NCBI GenBank assembly: GCA_946628965.1
Contig: CAMOXI010000004.1
Coordinates: 2,639-66,638 of the forward strand
DNA from: an uncultured Clostridia bacterium
GTDB lineage: Bacteria > Bacillota > Clostridia > Oscillospirales > Oscillospiraceae
Direction of reading: 5' to 3'
Length of the DNA stretch: 64,000 nucleotides
Shown here: positions 45,230 through 53,330 of the stretch, piece after piece
Layout of the letters: every line of letters begins with the position of its first letter
How positions within the stretch are numbered: position 1 is the first letter of the stretch
Translations under genes and position numbers: made by a program
The notes under the pieces: generated by a model
Database searches by the model: none
What the model was told of the DNA's origin: nothing
Seen by the model: only the letters and a program-made list of their open reading frames with translations

Positions 45230-45847
45230 TTATTCATTGTACCAGGCGTCGCCCTCGTTCTGGTCGGCCGTAAGAGGGCGGAACACCGGCTCGATGCTCA
45301 GGCTCATCAGCAGGCAGAGAACGCCGGGCAGCAGCGGCAGCAGCGGCGGGATCAGCCAGACGATCAGGCCGAAGAGCGCAAGCTCCGCCGCAAGCAGCAG
45401 TGTGACGCCGAAATGCCGCAGGGCGAGATAGGCCGAGAATTTCAGCGTCCCACCCAGGCTGTTCTGAAAACGGGAGAGGAAGGCGAATAGCCAGGGAAAC
45501 AGCAGCAGCGGCAGCAAAAGCAGCAGCCGCACCAGATAGTAGAGCGCGCTCCCCCGCTCGATTCCCATGCTCCCCAACGCATACGCATTGGCAAGGCCGA
45601 TCAGGACATAGAGCACCAGCAGCAGCCACAGCAGGGTCCCCTGCCGGAAGTTTTCGCGGAAGGCACGAAAAAAGCTCTTCGTCAGGCTGCCCCGCTCATG
45701 CCGGATGCACTTGACCGTCACATAGTAGAGCGCCGTGCTGGCAGCGCCGACGGTGACAAGCGGCAGCGAACAGAGAAGCCACAGCACGCCCGCCCAGATC
45801 ACATCCGACAGCGCGGCCACCACCGCGTGGAAGCGGGACTGCTTCAT
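45230..45847 (-). CDS. YesL/DUF624 family membrane protein
   Basis: The sequence VIWAGVLWLLCSLPLVTVGAASTALYYVTVKCIRHERGSLTKSFFRAFRENFRQG is the family hallmark. Shares 1 nt (TGATG) with the upstream isomerase stop. Confidence 0.8.
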   Translation of the reverse strand: MKQSRFHAVVAALSDVIWAGVLWLLCSLPLVTVGAASTALYYVTVKCIRHERGSLTKSFFRAFRENFRQGTLLWLLLVLYVLIGLANAYALGSMGIERGSALYYLVRLLLLLPLLLFPWLFAFLSRFQNSLGGTLKFSAYLALRHFGVTLLLAAELALFGLIVWLIPPLLPLLPGVLCLLMSLSIEPVFRPLTADQNEGDAWYNE

Positions 45848-47184
45848 CAGTAGCGGTACACGGGGAAGCCGAACATCTCGGCCAGGGCGCTCAGGGTCTC
45901 GCCGTGGCGGCCCTTGAGCACCACGAAGTGGGGTTCAAATCCGTCACGCACGCTCTGCTCCACGATGGTGCGGCTGTTGTTGTCGGTACGCACCACGATG
46001 GAGGTGCCGATGAACTGCTTGGGCTTGTCCAGCGCCTCACCCTCGGTGATGAAGAAGCGGAAGCTGCCGTCCGGCTCGCGGCCGATGCGGAAGACTGTGG
46101 CCTCCGGGAAGGACTCGCAGCCGAAGTCCATGGCCGGGCCGATCTTGCGGTTGGGATGCACGCCCACCACCGCGCCGGTGTCGTGCCGGGCCAGGGAGCA
46201 GGCGGCCGCGCCGCAGTGCCAGAAAGTGATGGTGTTCTCCCCCTCGTCGAGAGAGACCGGGTCACCGAAGAAGACCGGCTCACCGGAGAGCTGCATGCCG
46301 ATCCACATGGACAATGCGCCGTAGATATCGGCCTCGCAGGCGGCGGCCACGCCCTCGTCGTTCAAAAGACTCAGCACCGTGCAGACGGGGGTGCCGAAGG
46401 CAGTGAAGAAATCGGGCCAGCAGCGGGAGGCCAGGGCGCCGATGTTGTGGCCGCGGACATAGTCGGTATAGGCCTTGTAGAGTCTCGCGTGGTCCAGGCG
46501 GTTTTTCTCCGGGGTATGCTCCAGGCCGCAGGTAGCCGCGTCGGTGCGCTGCAGATACTCGGCGCACTCCTCGTCGGTATAGCCCTTGGCCATGTCGATG
46601 AGCTCCCGGGCCTCGATGGCCTCCAGCTCCACGCCGAAGCTGTTCATGATCTCGCTGTCCAGCGCGCGGCCAAAGCCGAAGCCCTGGGGCGTGTGGCCCA
46701 CGGCGGACATACGCAGGGAGCGCATCGCCTTTTTGACCCGGGCGGCCTCCACCGCGGCCTTCGCCGCGCGGATGACAGGCTCCTCCTCCGGGGCGCCGAA
46801 GGTGTAGGAAAAGGCGCGGTCGTCAAAGGCGCGCAGCGTGTTTGCCGCCGAGTAGGCGCCGGTCAGGGAGTTGAGGCGCAGGCGGCCGCCGTCGATCACC
46901 GGCTCACGCAGGGTCCAGAGCAGCACCGGGCAGTCAAAGCGGCGCAGCACCTCGGACATGTAGGCGGCATTGGCGAAGGTCAGGTTCTGGAAGACGATCA
47001 GATCCGGCTGCAGCGGGGCCAGATAGGCGCGCAGATCGTCCAGATTCAGCAGCATCTTTTCAGGCACGACAAAGTGCTCATCCAGGCCGCGGAGCAGCCG
47101 GATGCTGCGCTCAAACTGATCCTGCGCGCTCTCCAGATGGAAGGTGGGCACCCCCACCGGAATATAGACAGGGCAAAAGCTCAT
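45847..47184 (-). CDS. L-fucose/L-arabinose-isomerase-family sugar isomerase (candidate sulfoquinovose isomerase)
   Basis: 445 aa. N-terminal Rossmann-like domain (VYIPVGVPTF..LIVFQNLTFANAAY..PVLLWTL) and a C-terminal FucI-type barrel by resemblance. The role is inferred from context. Confidence 0.75.
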   Translation of the reverse strand: MSFCPVYIPVGVPTFHLESAQDQFERSIRLLRGLDEHFVVPEKMLLNLDDLRAYLAPLQPDLIVFQNLTFANAAYMSEVLRRFDCPVLLWTLREPVIDGGRLRLNSLTGAYSAANTLRAFDDRAFSYTFGAPEEEPVIRAAKAAVEAARVKKAMRSLRMSAVGHTPQGFGFGRALDSEIMNSFGVELEAIEARELIDMAKGYTDEECAEYLQRTDAATCGLEHTPEKNRLDHARLYKAYTDYVRGHNIGALASRCWPDFFTAFGTPVCTVLSLLNDEGVAAACEADIYGALSMWIGMQLSGEPVFFGDPVSLDEGENTITFWHCGAAACSLARHDTGAVVGVHPNRKIGPAMDFGCESFPEATVFRIGREPDGSFRFFITEGEALDKPKQFIGTSIVVRTDNNSRTIVEQSVRDGFEPHFVVLKGRHGETLSALAEMFGFPVYRY

Positions 47185-47226
47185 AAAGAAATCCTCCCGT
47201 AAAATAATTAGTTAACGCTATGAAGC

Positions 47227-47255
47227 ATCATAGACCGACTTGTCCCTTCTGTCAA
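47227..47255 (-). promoter_or_regulatory. Candidate sigma-A promoter of the isomerase-YesL-GH31 operon
   Basis: Minus strand: TTGACA, 17 nt, TATGAT. The -10 lies inside the palindrome CTATGA-TGCT-TCATAG. Confidence 0.5.
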
Positions 47256-47334
47256 GGCGTTGTCGCAGAAAAGCTCCCGTCCGGGGCAGATCCTTCAAAA
47301 ACCTGTATAATTGTCCTTTTCTGCGATCTTGCTG

Positions 47335-47363
47335 TTGACAAAGCGGCCCGCAAGGGGTACACT
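47335..47363 (+). promoter_or_regulatory. Candidate sigma-A promoter of the transketolase operon
   Basis: TTGACA, 17 nt, TACACT. About 45 nt upstream of the TTG start at 47409. Confidence 0.5.
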
Positions 47364-47368
47364 TCTTT

Positions 47369-47389
47369 TTGGTTAAATCTTTTAATCAA
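47369..47389. promoter_or_regulatory. AT-rich 21-bp palindrome at the predicted transcription start (candidate ROK operator)
   Basis: TTGGTTAAA-TCT-TTTAATCAA, with 8 of 9 arm positions complementary. Lies immediately downstream of the -10. Confidence 0.45.
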
Positions 47390-47408
47390 TCATAAGGGGG
47401 AACCAGAA

Positions 47409-48236
47409 TTGAGCTACAATCTGAAGGAAGTCAGCAAGGATATCCGCTGCGATATTCTTCGCTGCATCGGGCATCTCGGCGTCGGCCACATCGGCGGCTG
47501 CCTTTCGGTGGCGGAGTTGCTGGCTGTGCTGTACTTTGAGGCGATGAACATCGATCCCGCCAATCCCAAGATGGAAGGCCGCGACCGCTTCGTCTGCTCC
47601 AAGGGTCACGCGGGCCCCGCAGTCTACGCTGCGCTGGCCAACCGCGGCTACTTTGACAAGAAGGAGCTGCTCACCCTGAACCAGGGCGGCACCAATCTCC
47701 CCTCCCACTGCGATATGAACCGCACCATCGGCATCGACATGACCACCGGCTCCCTGGGCCAGGGCTTCTCCTGCGCCGTGGGCGTTGCGCTGGGCAGCAA
47801 ACTGGAAGAGGACGGTGCGACCGTCTACACCCTGATCGGCGACGGCGAGAGCCAGGAGGGCCAGATCTGGGAGGCCGCCATGTTCGCCGCCGCGAAGAAG
47901 CTGGATAACCTGATCGCCTTTACCGACTACAACAAGTTCCAGATCGACGACTGCGTCGCCAAGGTCAACGACATCGCGCCGCTGGCGGAGAAGTGGGCTG
48001 CCTTCGGCTGGAACGTGATCGAGGTGGAGGACGGCAACGACGTGGAGCAGGTCTCCGAGGCCGTGAAGCACGCCAAGCTCGGCCGCGGCAGCGAGAAGCC
48101 CACCATGGTCATTCTCAACACCGTCAAGGGCTGCGGCGTCCAGTGGATCGTGGATCTGGGCGCGGGCAATCACAACTGCAAGATCACCGAGGAGCAGGCC
48201 GAGGAGGCCATCCGCGTGATCAGAGAGGAGAACTGA
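47409..48236 (+). CDS. Transketolase, N-terminal (TPP-binding) subunit
   Basis: TTG 47409, 7 nt after AAGGGGGA. Contains HIGGCLSVAELLAVLYF, SKGHAGPAVYA, and the TPP motif GDGESQEGQIWEAAMFAAAKKLDNLIAFTDYN. Confidence 0.9.
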   Translation: MSYNLKEVSKDIRCDILRCIGHLGVGHIGGCLSVAELLAVLYFEAMNIDPANPKMEGRDRFVCSKGHAGPAVYAALANRGYFDKKELLTLNQGGTNLPSHCDMNRTIGIDMTTGSLGQGFSCAVGVALGSKLEEDGATVYTLIGDGESQEGQIWEAAMFAAAKKLDNLIAFTDYNKFQIDDCVAKVNDIAPLAEKWAAFGWNVIEVEDGNDVEQVSEAVKHAKLGRGSEKPTMVILNTVKGCGVQWIVDLGAGNHNCKITEEQAEEAIRVIREEN

Positions 48237-48239
48237 GCC

Positions 48240-49163
48240 ATGGAAATGAGACAAGTTTATGCGAGCTGCCTGGCCGAACTGATGGAGAAGGACCGGCACG
48301 TCTGCGTCCTGGACGCGGACCTGGCCAAAGCCAGCGGCACCCGCGGCCTGTACGAGCGCTTCCCGAAGCAGATGTTTGACTGCGGCGTGGCCGAGCAGGA
48401 CATGGCCTCCATCGCCGCCGGTCTCTCCAGCTACGGCTTCAAGCCCTGGATCGAGAGCTTCACGCCCTTCGCCTCCCGCCGCATCTGCGACCAGATCGCC
48501 ATCTCCATCTCCTATGCCAAGCGCAACGTGAAGATCGTCGGAACCGACCCCGGCATCTCCGCCGAACTCAACGGCGGCACCCACATGAGCATGGAGGACA
48601 TCGGCGTTCTCCGTTCCATCCCCGGCGTCGTGATCTTCGAGCCGGTGGACGCGGTGCAGCTGCGCGCCGCCATGCCCGTGCTGAACGAGTACGACGGGCC
48701 TGTGTACGTGCGCCTGTTCCGCAAGGAGCTGCCGGACGTGTTTGAGGAAGGCTACCAGTTCGATCTCTTCAAGGCCGACCTGCTGAAGGAAGGCAGGGAT
48801 CTGACGATCTTCGTCAGCGGCTTCCAGACCAAGCATGTGCTGGACGTGGTGCCCGAACTGAAAGAGGCCGGCATCGACGCCGAGGTCATCAACATCCACA
48901 CCATCAAGCCCATCGACCGGGAGAGCGTCATTGCCTCCGCCCGCAAGACCGGCGCCGTGCTGACCGTGGAGAACCATAACGTCATCGGCGGTCTGCACTC
49001 TGCCGTGCTCGAGGCGCTGGCCGAGGAGAAGATCCCCGCCGTCGCCGTCGGCGTGCCCGACCGCTTCGGCGAAGTGGGCAAGATGCCCTACCTGGAGAAG
49101 GTGCTCGGCATGACGAAGGAAGACATCGTCGCCGCCGCGAAAAAGGCTGTCAGCCTTAAATAA
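48240..49163 (+). CDS. Transketolase, C-terminal (pyrimidine-binding) subunit
   Basis: 307 aa. Contains FDCGVAEQDMASIAAGLS, GGTHMSMEDIGVLRSIPG, and a C-terminal domain. Starts 4 nt after the N-subunit stop. Confidence 0.9.
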   Translation: MEMRQVYASCLAELMEKDRHVCVLDADLAKASGTRGLYERFPKQMFDCGVAEQDMASIAAGLSSYGFKPWIESFTPFASRRICDQIAISISYAKRNVKIVGTDPGISAELNGGTHMSMEDIGVLRSIPGVVIFEPVDAVQLRAAMPVLNEYDGPVYVRLFRKELPDVFEEGYQFDLFKADLLKEGRDLTIFVSGFQTKHVLDVVPELKEAGIDAEVINIHTIKPIDRESVIASARKTGAVLTVENHNVIGGLHSAVLEALAEEKIPAVAVGVPDRFGEVGKMPYLEKVLGMTKEDIVAAAKKAVSLK

Positions 49164-49175
49164 CAAATAACAAAG

Positions 49176-49208
49176 CCAGAAAACGCCCGGAAACCGGGCG
49201 TTTTCTGG
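49176..49208 (+). terminator. Intra-operon stem-loop (attenuator or partial terminator) between transketolase and the RpiB-family gene
   Basis: 15-bp perfect stem CCAGAAAACGCCCGG-AAA-CCGGGCGTTTTCTGG. No long U-tract beyond the stem. Confidence 0.5.
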
Positions 49209-49238
49209 AACATGATGAGATAAAGGAGAACAAACGCA

Positions 49239-49715
49239 ATGAAAATTGCTATCGGAAGCGACAAGTCCGGTTTTTCCGCCAAGGAAGCCATCAAGGCCTA
49301 TCTGCTCGAATGCGGCGCCGATTTTGAAGATCTCGGCACCACCGACCTCAACGCCGTCCACCCCTACTACCAGGTGGCATCTGAAGTCGCCCCCCTGGTG
49401 CAGAGCGGCAAGTTTGACCGCGCCATCCTGATCTGCGGCACCGGCGCCGGCATGTCCGTGGTCGCCAACAAGTACAAGGGCGTTTACGCCGTCGCCTGCG
49501 AGGGCGTGTACTCCGCCAAGATGGCCCGCGCCATCAACAACGCCAACATCCTCTGCATGGGCGGCTGGATCGTCGGCCCCGAGATGGCCGTCGAGATGGT
49601 CAAGACCTTCCTCGCCACCGACTGGTGCCAGGATCTGGAGGATTGGCGCGCCGCGAACATGCACAAGTTTGCCCGCCAGGTCTCCGCGATTGAGGACAGC
49701 ATCTATGATCGCTGA
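49239..49715 (+). CDS. RpiB/LacA/LacB-family sugar(-phosphate) isomerase (candidate sulfoerythrose isomerase)
   Basis: 158 aa. MKIAIGSDKSGF and the catalytic-Cys segment ILICGTGAGMSVVANK. Confidence 0.88.
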   Translation: MKIAIGSDKSGFSAKEAIKAYLLECGADFEDLGTTDLNAVHPYYQVASEVAPLVQSGKFDRAILICGTGAGMSVVANKYKGVYAVACEGVYSAKMARAINNANILCMGGWIVGPEMAVEMVKTFLATDWCQDLEDWRAANMHKFARQVSAIEDSIYDR

Positions 49716-50802
49716 GTTTGTATACAGCCAGCCGGTCAAGATCTGGTTCGGCGAGGGGCAGTTTGCCCGCCTGGGCGAGATCCTGAATGAGCTCGGAAGT
49801 CAGTCCTGCGTCATCGCCTGCGGCCGCCATTTTGCGCCCGAGGCCGAAGCGCTCATGGGCAGAGAGCCCCGTATCAAGGCCGTTTTTGGCGCTGTGGAGC
49901 AGAACCCGCAGCTTTCCGGCATTGAGGAGACCGTCCGGCTCGCCCGCGCGCACGTGGCCGACACCGTGATCGGCATCGGCGGCGGCAGCTCCATCGACAC
50001 GGCGAAGTTTGCCGCGGCCATCGCCCGCGGTGAGGGCGAGGCGGAGGAGTACTTCCGCGGCACCCTTCCCTTCCCCGCCGAACGGCTCACCATCGTGGCC
50101 GTGCCCACCACCGCCGGCACCGGCAGTGAAGTGACCCAGGTCTCCGTCGTGAGCTTCGGCAAAGAGAAGAAGACCATCAACAACCCGGTCTTCATGCCCC
50201 GGGCTGCCATCGTCGACCCGCTGATGAGCGCCGGCGTCCCGCCCCGCACCACGATGAACACCGGGCTTGACGCCATGGCCCACGCGCTGGAGGGCTACTG
50301 GAGCCGCAACCACCAGCCGATCCCCGATCTGATGGCGATCGAGGCGGTGCGTCTCATCCTGAATAACCTGGAGCGCGCCTGGCGCGACGGCTCGGACCGG
50401 GAGGCCCGCGCCGCCATGGCCTACGCCTCTCTCCTGGGCGGGCTCAGCTTCGCCCTGCCCAAGACCGCAGCGAGCCACGCCTGCTCCTATCCCCTGTCCG
50501 AGGATTACCATCTGCCCCATGGCGAGGCCTGCGCCTTCACGCTGGACAGCCTGGTGCGCATCAACGCCGACGAGCGGCTGGAGCATTTGGCGCAGGCCGT
50601 CGGCCTGAAGGACACCGAAGAGCTGGCCGAGCGCATCGCCGCCCTCAAGAAGATGGCCGGCCTGCGCACCCGTCTGAGCGAGCTGGGCGAGGTGGATCTG
50701 GACAAGCTCTGCCGCGACTGCGCGGCCCATCCGCTGATGAAGAATAACCCCGTCCAACTGGACGAGGCCAGACTCCGGGAGATGTTTGAAGCGCTGCAAT
50801 GA
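49705..50802 (+). CDS. Iron-containing (group III) alcohol dehydrogenase (candidate sulfoacetaldehyde reductase)
   Basis: ATG 49705 overlaps the RpiB gene by 11 nt. NAD motif GIGGGSSIDTAKF. Metal-site histidines in DAMAHALE and HACSYPL..HLPHGEA. Confidence 0.88.
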   Translation: MIAEFVYSQPVKIWFGEGQFARLGEILNELGSQSCVIACGRHFAPEAEALMGREPRIKAVFGAVEQNPQLSGIEETVRLARAHVADTVIGIGGGSSIDTAKFAAAIARGEGEAEEYFRGTLPFPAERLTIVAVPTTAGTGSEVTQVSVVSFGKEKKTINNPVFMPRAAIVDPLMSAGVPPRTTMNTGLDAMAHALEGYWSRNHQPIPDLMAIEAVRLILNNLERAWRDGSDREARAAMAYASLLGGLSFALPKTAASHACSYPLSEDYHLPHGEACAFTLDSLVRINADERLEHLAQAVGLKDTEELAERIAALKKMAGLRTRLSELGEVDLDKLCRDCAAHPLMKNNPVQLDEARLREMFEALQ

Positions 50803-51713
50803 GGGACGATCTCAAATACACGCTGATGGTCATCGGCATGGTCCTCTCCTGGTCGGTCTACTACGCGGTCAGCAAGATCGTCGTCGACGCCACGGGTTCT
50901 CCCCTGCTCGCGGGCTTTCTGCTGCGTTCGGCGGCGCTGGTGTTTCTCACGCTGCAGCTGCTGCTGGATCAAAACTTCTCCCGCCTCTTTCACCAGGGCA
51001 AGGCGGTGCTGATCCTGGTCGTCATTGGCGTCTTCGGCTTTCTGCTGGATCTCTTTGCAAACCTCGGCTACGCGGGCGGCTCCCTGAGCACCGGCACGGC
51101 CCTTCTGAAGACCGACGTGCTGATGGTGAACCTGGTCACTGTGATCCTCTACCACAAGAAGCTATACATCTCCGACTGGCTGGGCACGCTGGTCATGCTG
51201 GCCGGCGTCCTGCTGGTGCTGGGGGTGGACTTCGGCGGGATGCAGTTTCATCCCACGGATCTCTTCTTCCTCCTCAGTGCCCTCTGTGTGACCGCCAACG
51301 CCTTCATCATCAAGACCGCACAGGAGAAGTACCATGAGGACGCGGACATGATCTCCTACTACAACAACGCCGTCGTGCTGTTGCTCTTCGGCGGTTCCGC
51401 CGCCGCGGCGGGGCAGATCGGCGCCGTCGCCATCGAGCGCAGCCCCTCGTTCTGGCTGCTGGTCGTGCTGGGCGGCCTTGCCCAGACCGGGATCTACTTC
51501 TTCTATTACCGCAATCTCCGCCACTTTGAAGTGTGGCTGGTGAAGCTCTACCTGCTGCTGATGCCGGTGCTGAGCTGCTTCATCGGGGTGTGGTTTCTCG
51601 GGGAAACGCTCACCGCCACAAAACTGCTCGGCATCCTGGTGGTGCTCACTGGCGCCGCCATCATTCTCCTGCGCGGCCGCATCAACCGCGCGGGCCGTGT
51701 CCAACGAAGCTGA
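50799..51713 (+). CDS. DMT-superfamily (EamA-like) transporter (candidate isethionate exporter)
   Basis: 304 aa, about 10 TM, two EamA-like halves. ATGA overlap with the dehydrogenase gene. Confidence 0.82.
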   Translation: MRDDLKYTLMVIGMVLSWSVYYAVSKIVVDATGSPLLAGFLLRSAALVFLTLQLLLDQNFSRLFHQGKAVLILVVIGVFGFLLDLFANLGYAGGSLSTGTALLKTDVLMVNLVTVILYHKKLYISDWLGTLVMLAGVLLVLGVDFGGMQFHPTDLFFLLSALCVTANAFIIKTAQEKYHEDADMISYYNNAVVLLLFGGSAAAAGQIGAVAIERSPSFWLLVVLGGLAQTGIYFFYYRNLRHFEVWLVKLYLLLMPVLSCFIGVWFLGETLTATKLLGILVVLTGAAIILLRGRINRAGRVQRS

Positions 51714-51751
51714 AGCCGGCGCTGCCGGTCCGGAAAGGAGGGGAACCGACC

Positions 51752-52975
51752 ATGCCCTCTGCGGGTGACAATATGATGGGCGTCAAGCGCAATAACCGCG
51801 CCGCCGCGCTGCGCATCCTGCACGAGGAGGGGAGCGTCTCCCGCAAGCGCCTGGCCGAGACGCTGGGCCTGACCCCGGCGGCGATCACCAAGATCGTCGG
51901 CGAGATGCTGAACGAAAAGCTCCTGAACGAGGGCAGCGCCGTTCTGAGCAGCAGTGCCGGACGGCGGGAGATCCTGCTGGAGCTCAACCCCCGCTACGGC
52001 GCGGCGCTGGGCGTGCTGATCAATCTGCGGCAGGCCATCGTGTCCGCCGTGTGGCTGGACGGCACGGTGATCTTCTCGGAGGAGTTCACGCTGCAGCCGA
52101 AGGCCCCGGCGGAGCCCACGGCCGGCATGCTGGCCGGGCGGCTGCTCGCCCTGATGGAGGAGCATCAGCTTTCCCGTGAGCGCGTGATCGGTCTCGGCAT
52201 CGCGGTGCGCGGCATCTGCTCGGCGGACGGGCGCACCGTCTGCGACAGCTTCGGCGCTCTGGCGGAGGAGAATTTCCCGCTATGCCAGCGCTTTGAGGAG
52301 CTGACCGGTTTCCCCGCCGTGATGAGCAACAATGTGCGCGCGCTCTTTGCCGCTCAGATGTATCTCTCCCGCGACCGGGCCGAGGGCGCGCAGTTCTTCC
52401 TGCGCTGTGAGTACGGCATCGGCGCCTCCCTGTCCGTGGATGGGCAGATCTGGAGCGGCGTAACCGAGCAGTGCGCCGAGATCGGGCATATCCCCGTGAT
52501 CCCCCGGGGCGGCAAGCCCTGCTCCTGCGGCAAGAGCGGCTGTCTGGAGACCATCGCCTCCCCTGCCGCCATCGTCGAAGATGCGACAGCCATCCTCTCG
52601 GAGGAGAAAACGCCGGTGCTGTGGAAGCTCCGGCAGGAAAAAGGCGATGCGCCGCTGAACATCTACGACGTGATGAACGCCGCAGCCGGCGGCGACCAGG
52701 GCGCCTCCGCCATCGTGGACCGGGCGGTATCCGCCCTCGGCACGGCGCTCAAATCCGTCATCTATCTGCTGGACCCGGGCAAGATCGTCCTCTACGGCCA
52801 CATGTTCGAAGACCCCTATTACCTGCTGCGGCTCCTGAGCGAGATGCGCGAGGGCGTGGATACGCGCCATGCCGCGGTCATTGAGCGCAGCCGCTACAAT
52901 CTGAAGCTGGAGAACAAGGCGGCAAGCCTGCTGGCCGTGCGGAACTTTTACGAGCGCGGCGGCATCCGCGCCTGA
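51752..52975 (+). CDS. ROK-family transcriptional regulator
   Basis: ATG 51752, 7 nt after AAAGGAGGGG. wHTH RAAALRILHEEGSVSRKRLAETLGLTPAAITKIVGEM. ROK zinc motif CSCGKSGCLET. Confidence 0.85.
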   Translation: MPSAGDNMMGVKRNNRAAALRILHEEGSVSRKRLAETLGLTPAAITKIVGEMLNEKLLNEGSAVLSSSAGRREILLELNPRYGAALGVLINLRQAIVSAVWLDGTVIFSEEFTLQPKAPAEPTAGMLAGRLLALMEEHQLSRERVIGLGIAVRGICSADGRTVCDSFGALAEENFPLCQRFEELTGFPAVMSNNVRALFAAQMYLSRDRAEGAQFFLRCEYGIGASLSVDGQIWSGVTEQCAEIGHIPVIPRGGKPCSCGKSGCLETIASPAAIVEDATAILSEEKTPVLWKLRQEKGDAPLNIYDVMNAAAGGDQGASAIVDRAVSALGTALKSVIYLLDPGKIVLYGHMFEDPYYLLRLLSEMREGVDTRHAAVIERSRYNLKLENKAASLLAVRNFYERGGIRA

Positions 52976-53011
52976 TATCGGCTGTACCGATCCTTAAGGG
53001 AAGCTATACGA

Positions 53012-53043
53012 AAAGGAGCACATCGTTTTCGATGTGCTCCTTT
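53012..53043 (+). terminator. Terminator stem of the ROK gene, separated from its U-tract by the inserted element
   Basis: 14-bp perfect stem AAAGGAGCACATCG-TTTT-CGATGTGCTCCTTT followed directly by the element (CAGACTG...). A partial second copy, AAAGGAGCACATCGTTTCG followed by TTTTTTTT, lies at 53206..53237. Confidence 0.7.
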
Positions 53044-53205
53044 CAGACTGTAGACAAACTCATGCGACGGAAGCAGGACACGCATGGGGAGAGCGCGAGA
53101 GGGGATTGGTTATTCCCTCTCGCGTTTGATAATCTCAAAAATGAGAACTTTTCCGGAAGTTCTCATTTTTGATGCTCAAGGTGTCGACACTTTGTCGACA
53201 CCTTG
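53044..53205 (+). mobile_element. MITE-like / structured intergenic element, copy 2
   Basis: Collinear with 1577..1739, with the same four hairpins. The last stem carries compensatory changes: AGATGTCGACA/TGTCGACATCT in copy 1 versus AGGTGTCGACA/TGTCGACACCT here. Confidence 0.7.
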
Positions 53206-53330
53206 AAAGGAGCACATCGTTTCGTGCGGTTTTTTTTGCAGTTTTTTCTGATATTTTATGTAAACCCCTCTTTCCTTTTGCAATTTCTTGTGTTATGATA
53301 AGTGAGTATAATCATATATATGGTATATTG

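Noticed and set aside
47382-49739. 785-aa minus-strand ORF across the transketolase and RpiB genes
   Set aside because: The plus-strand genes carry unambiguous TPP-binding and RpiB motifs with SD sequences. The antisense translation is Gly/Ala/Asp/His-rich with no motifs.
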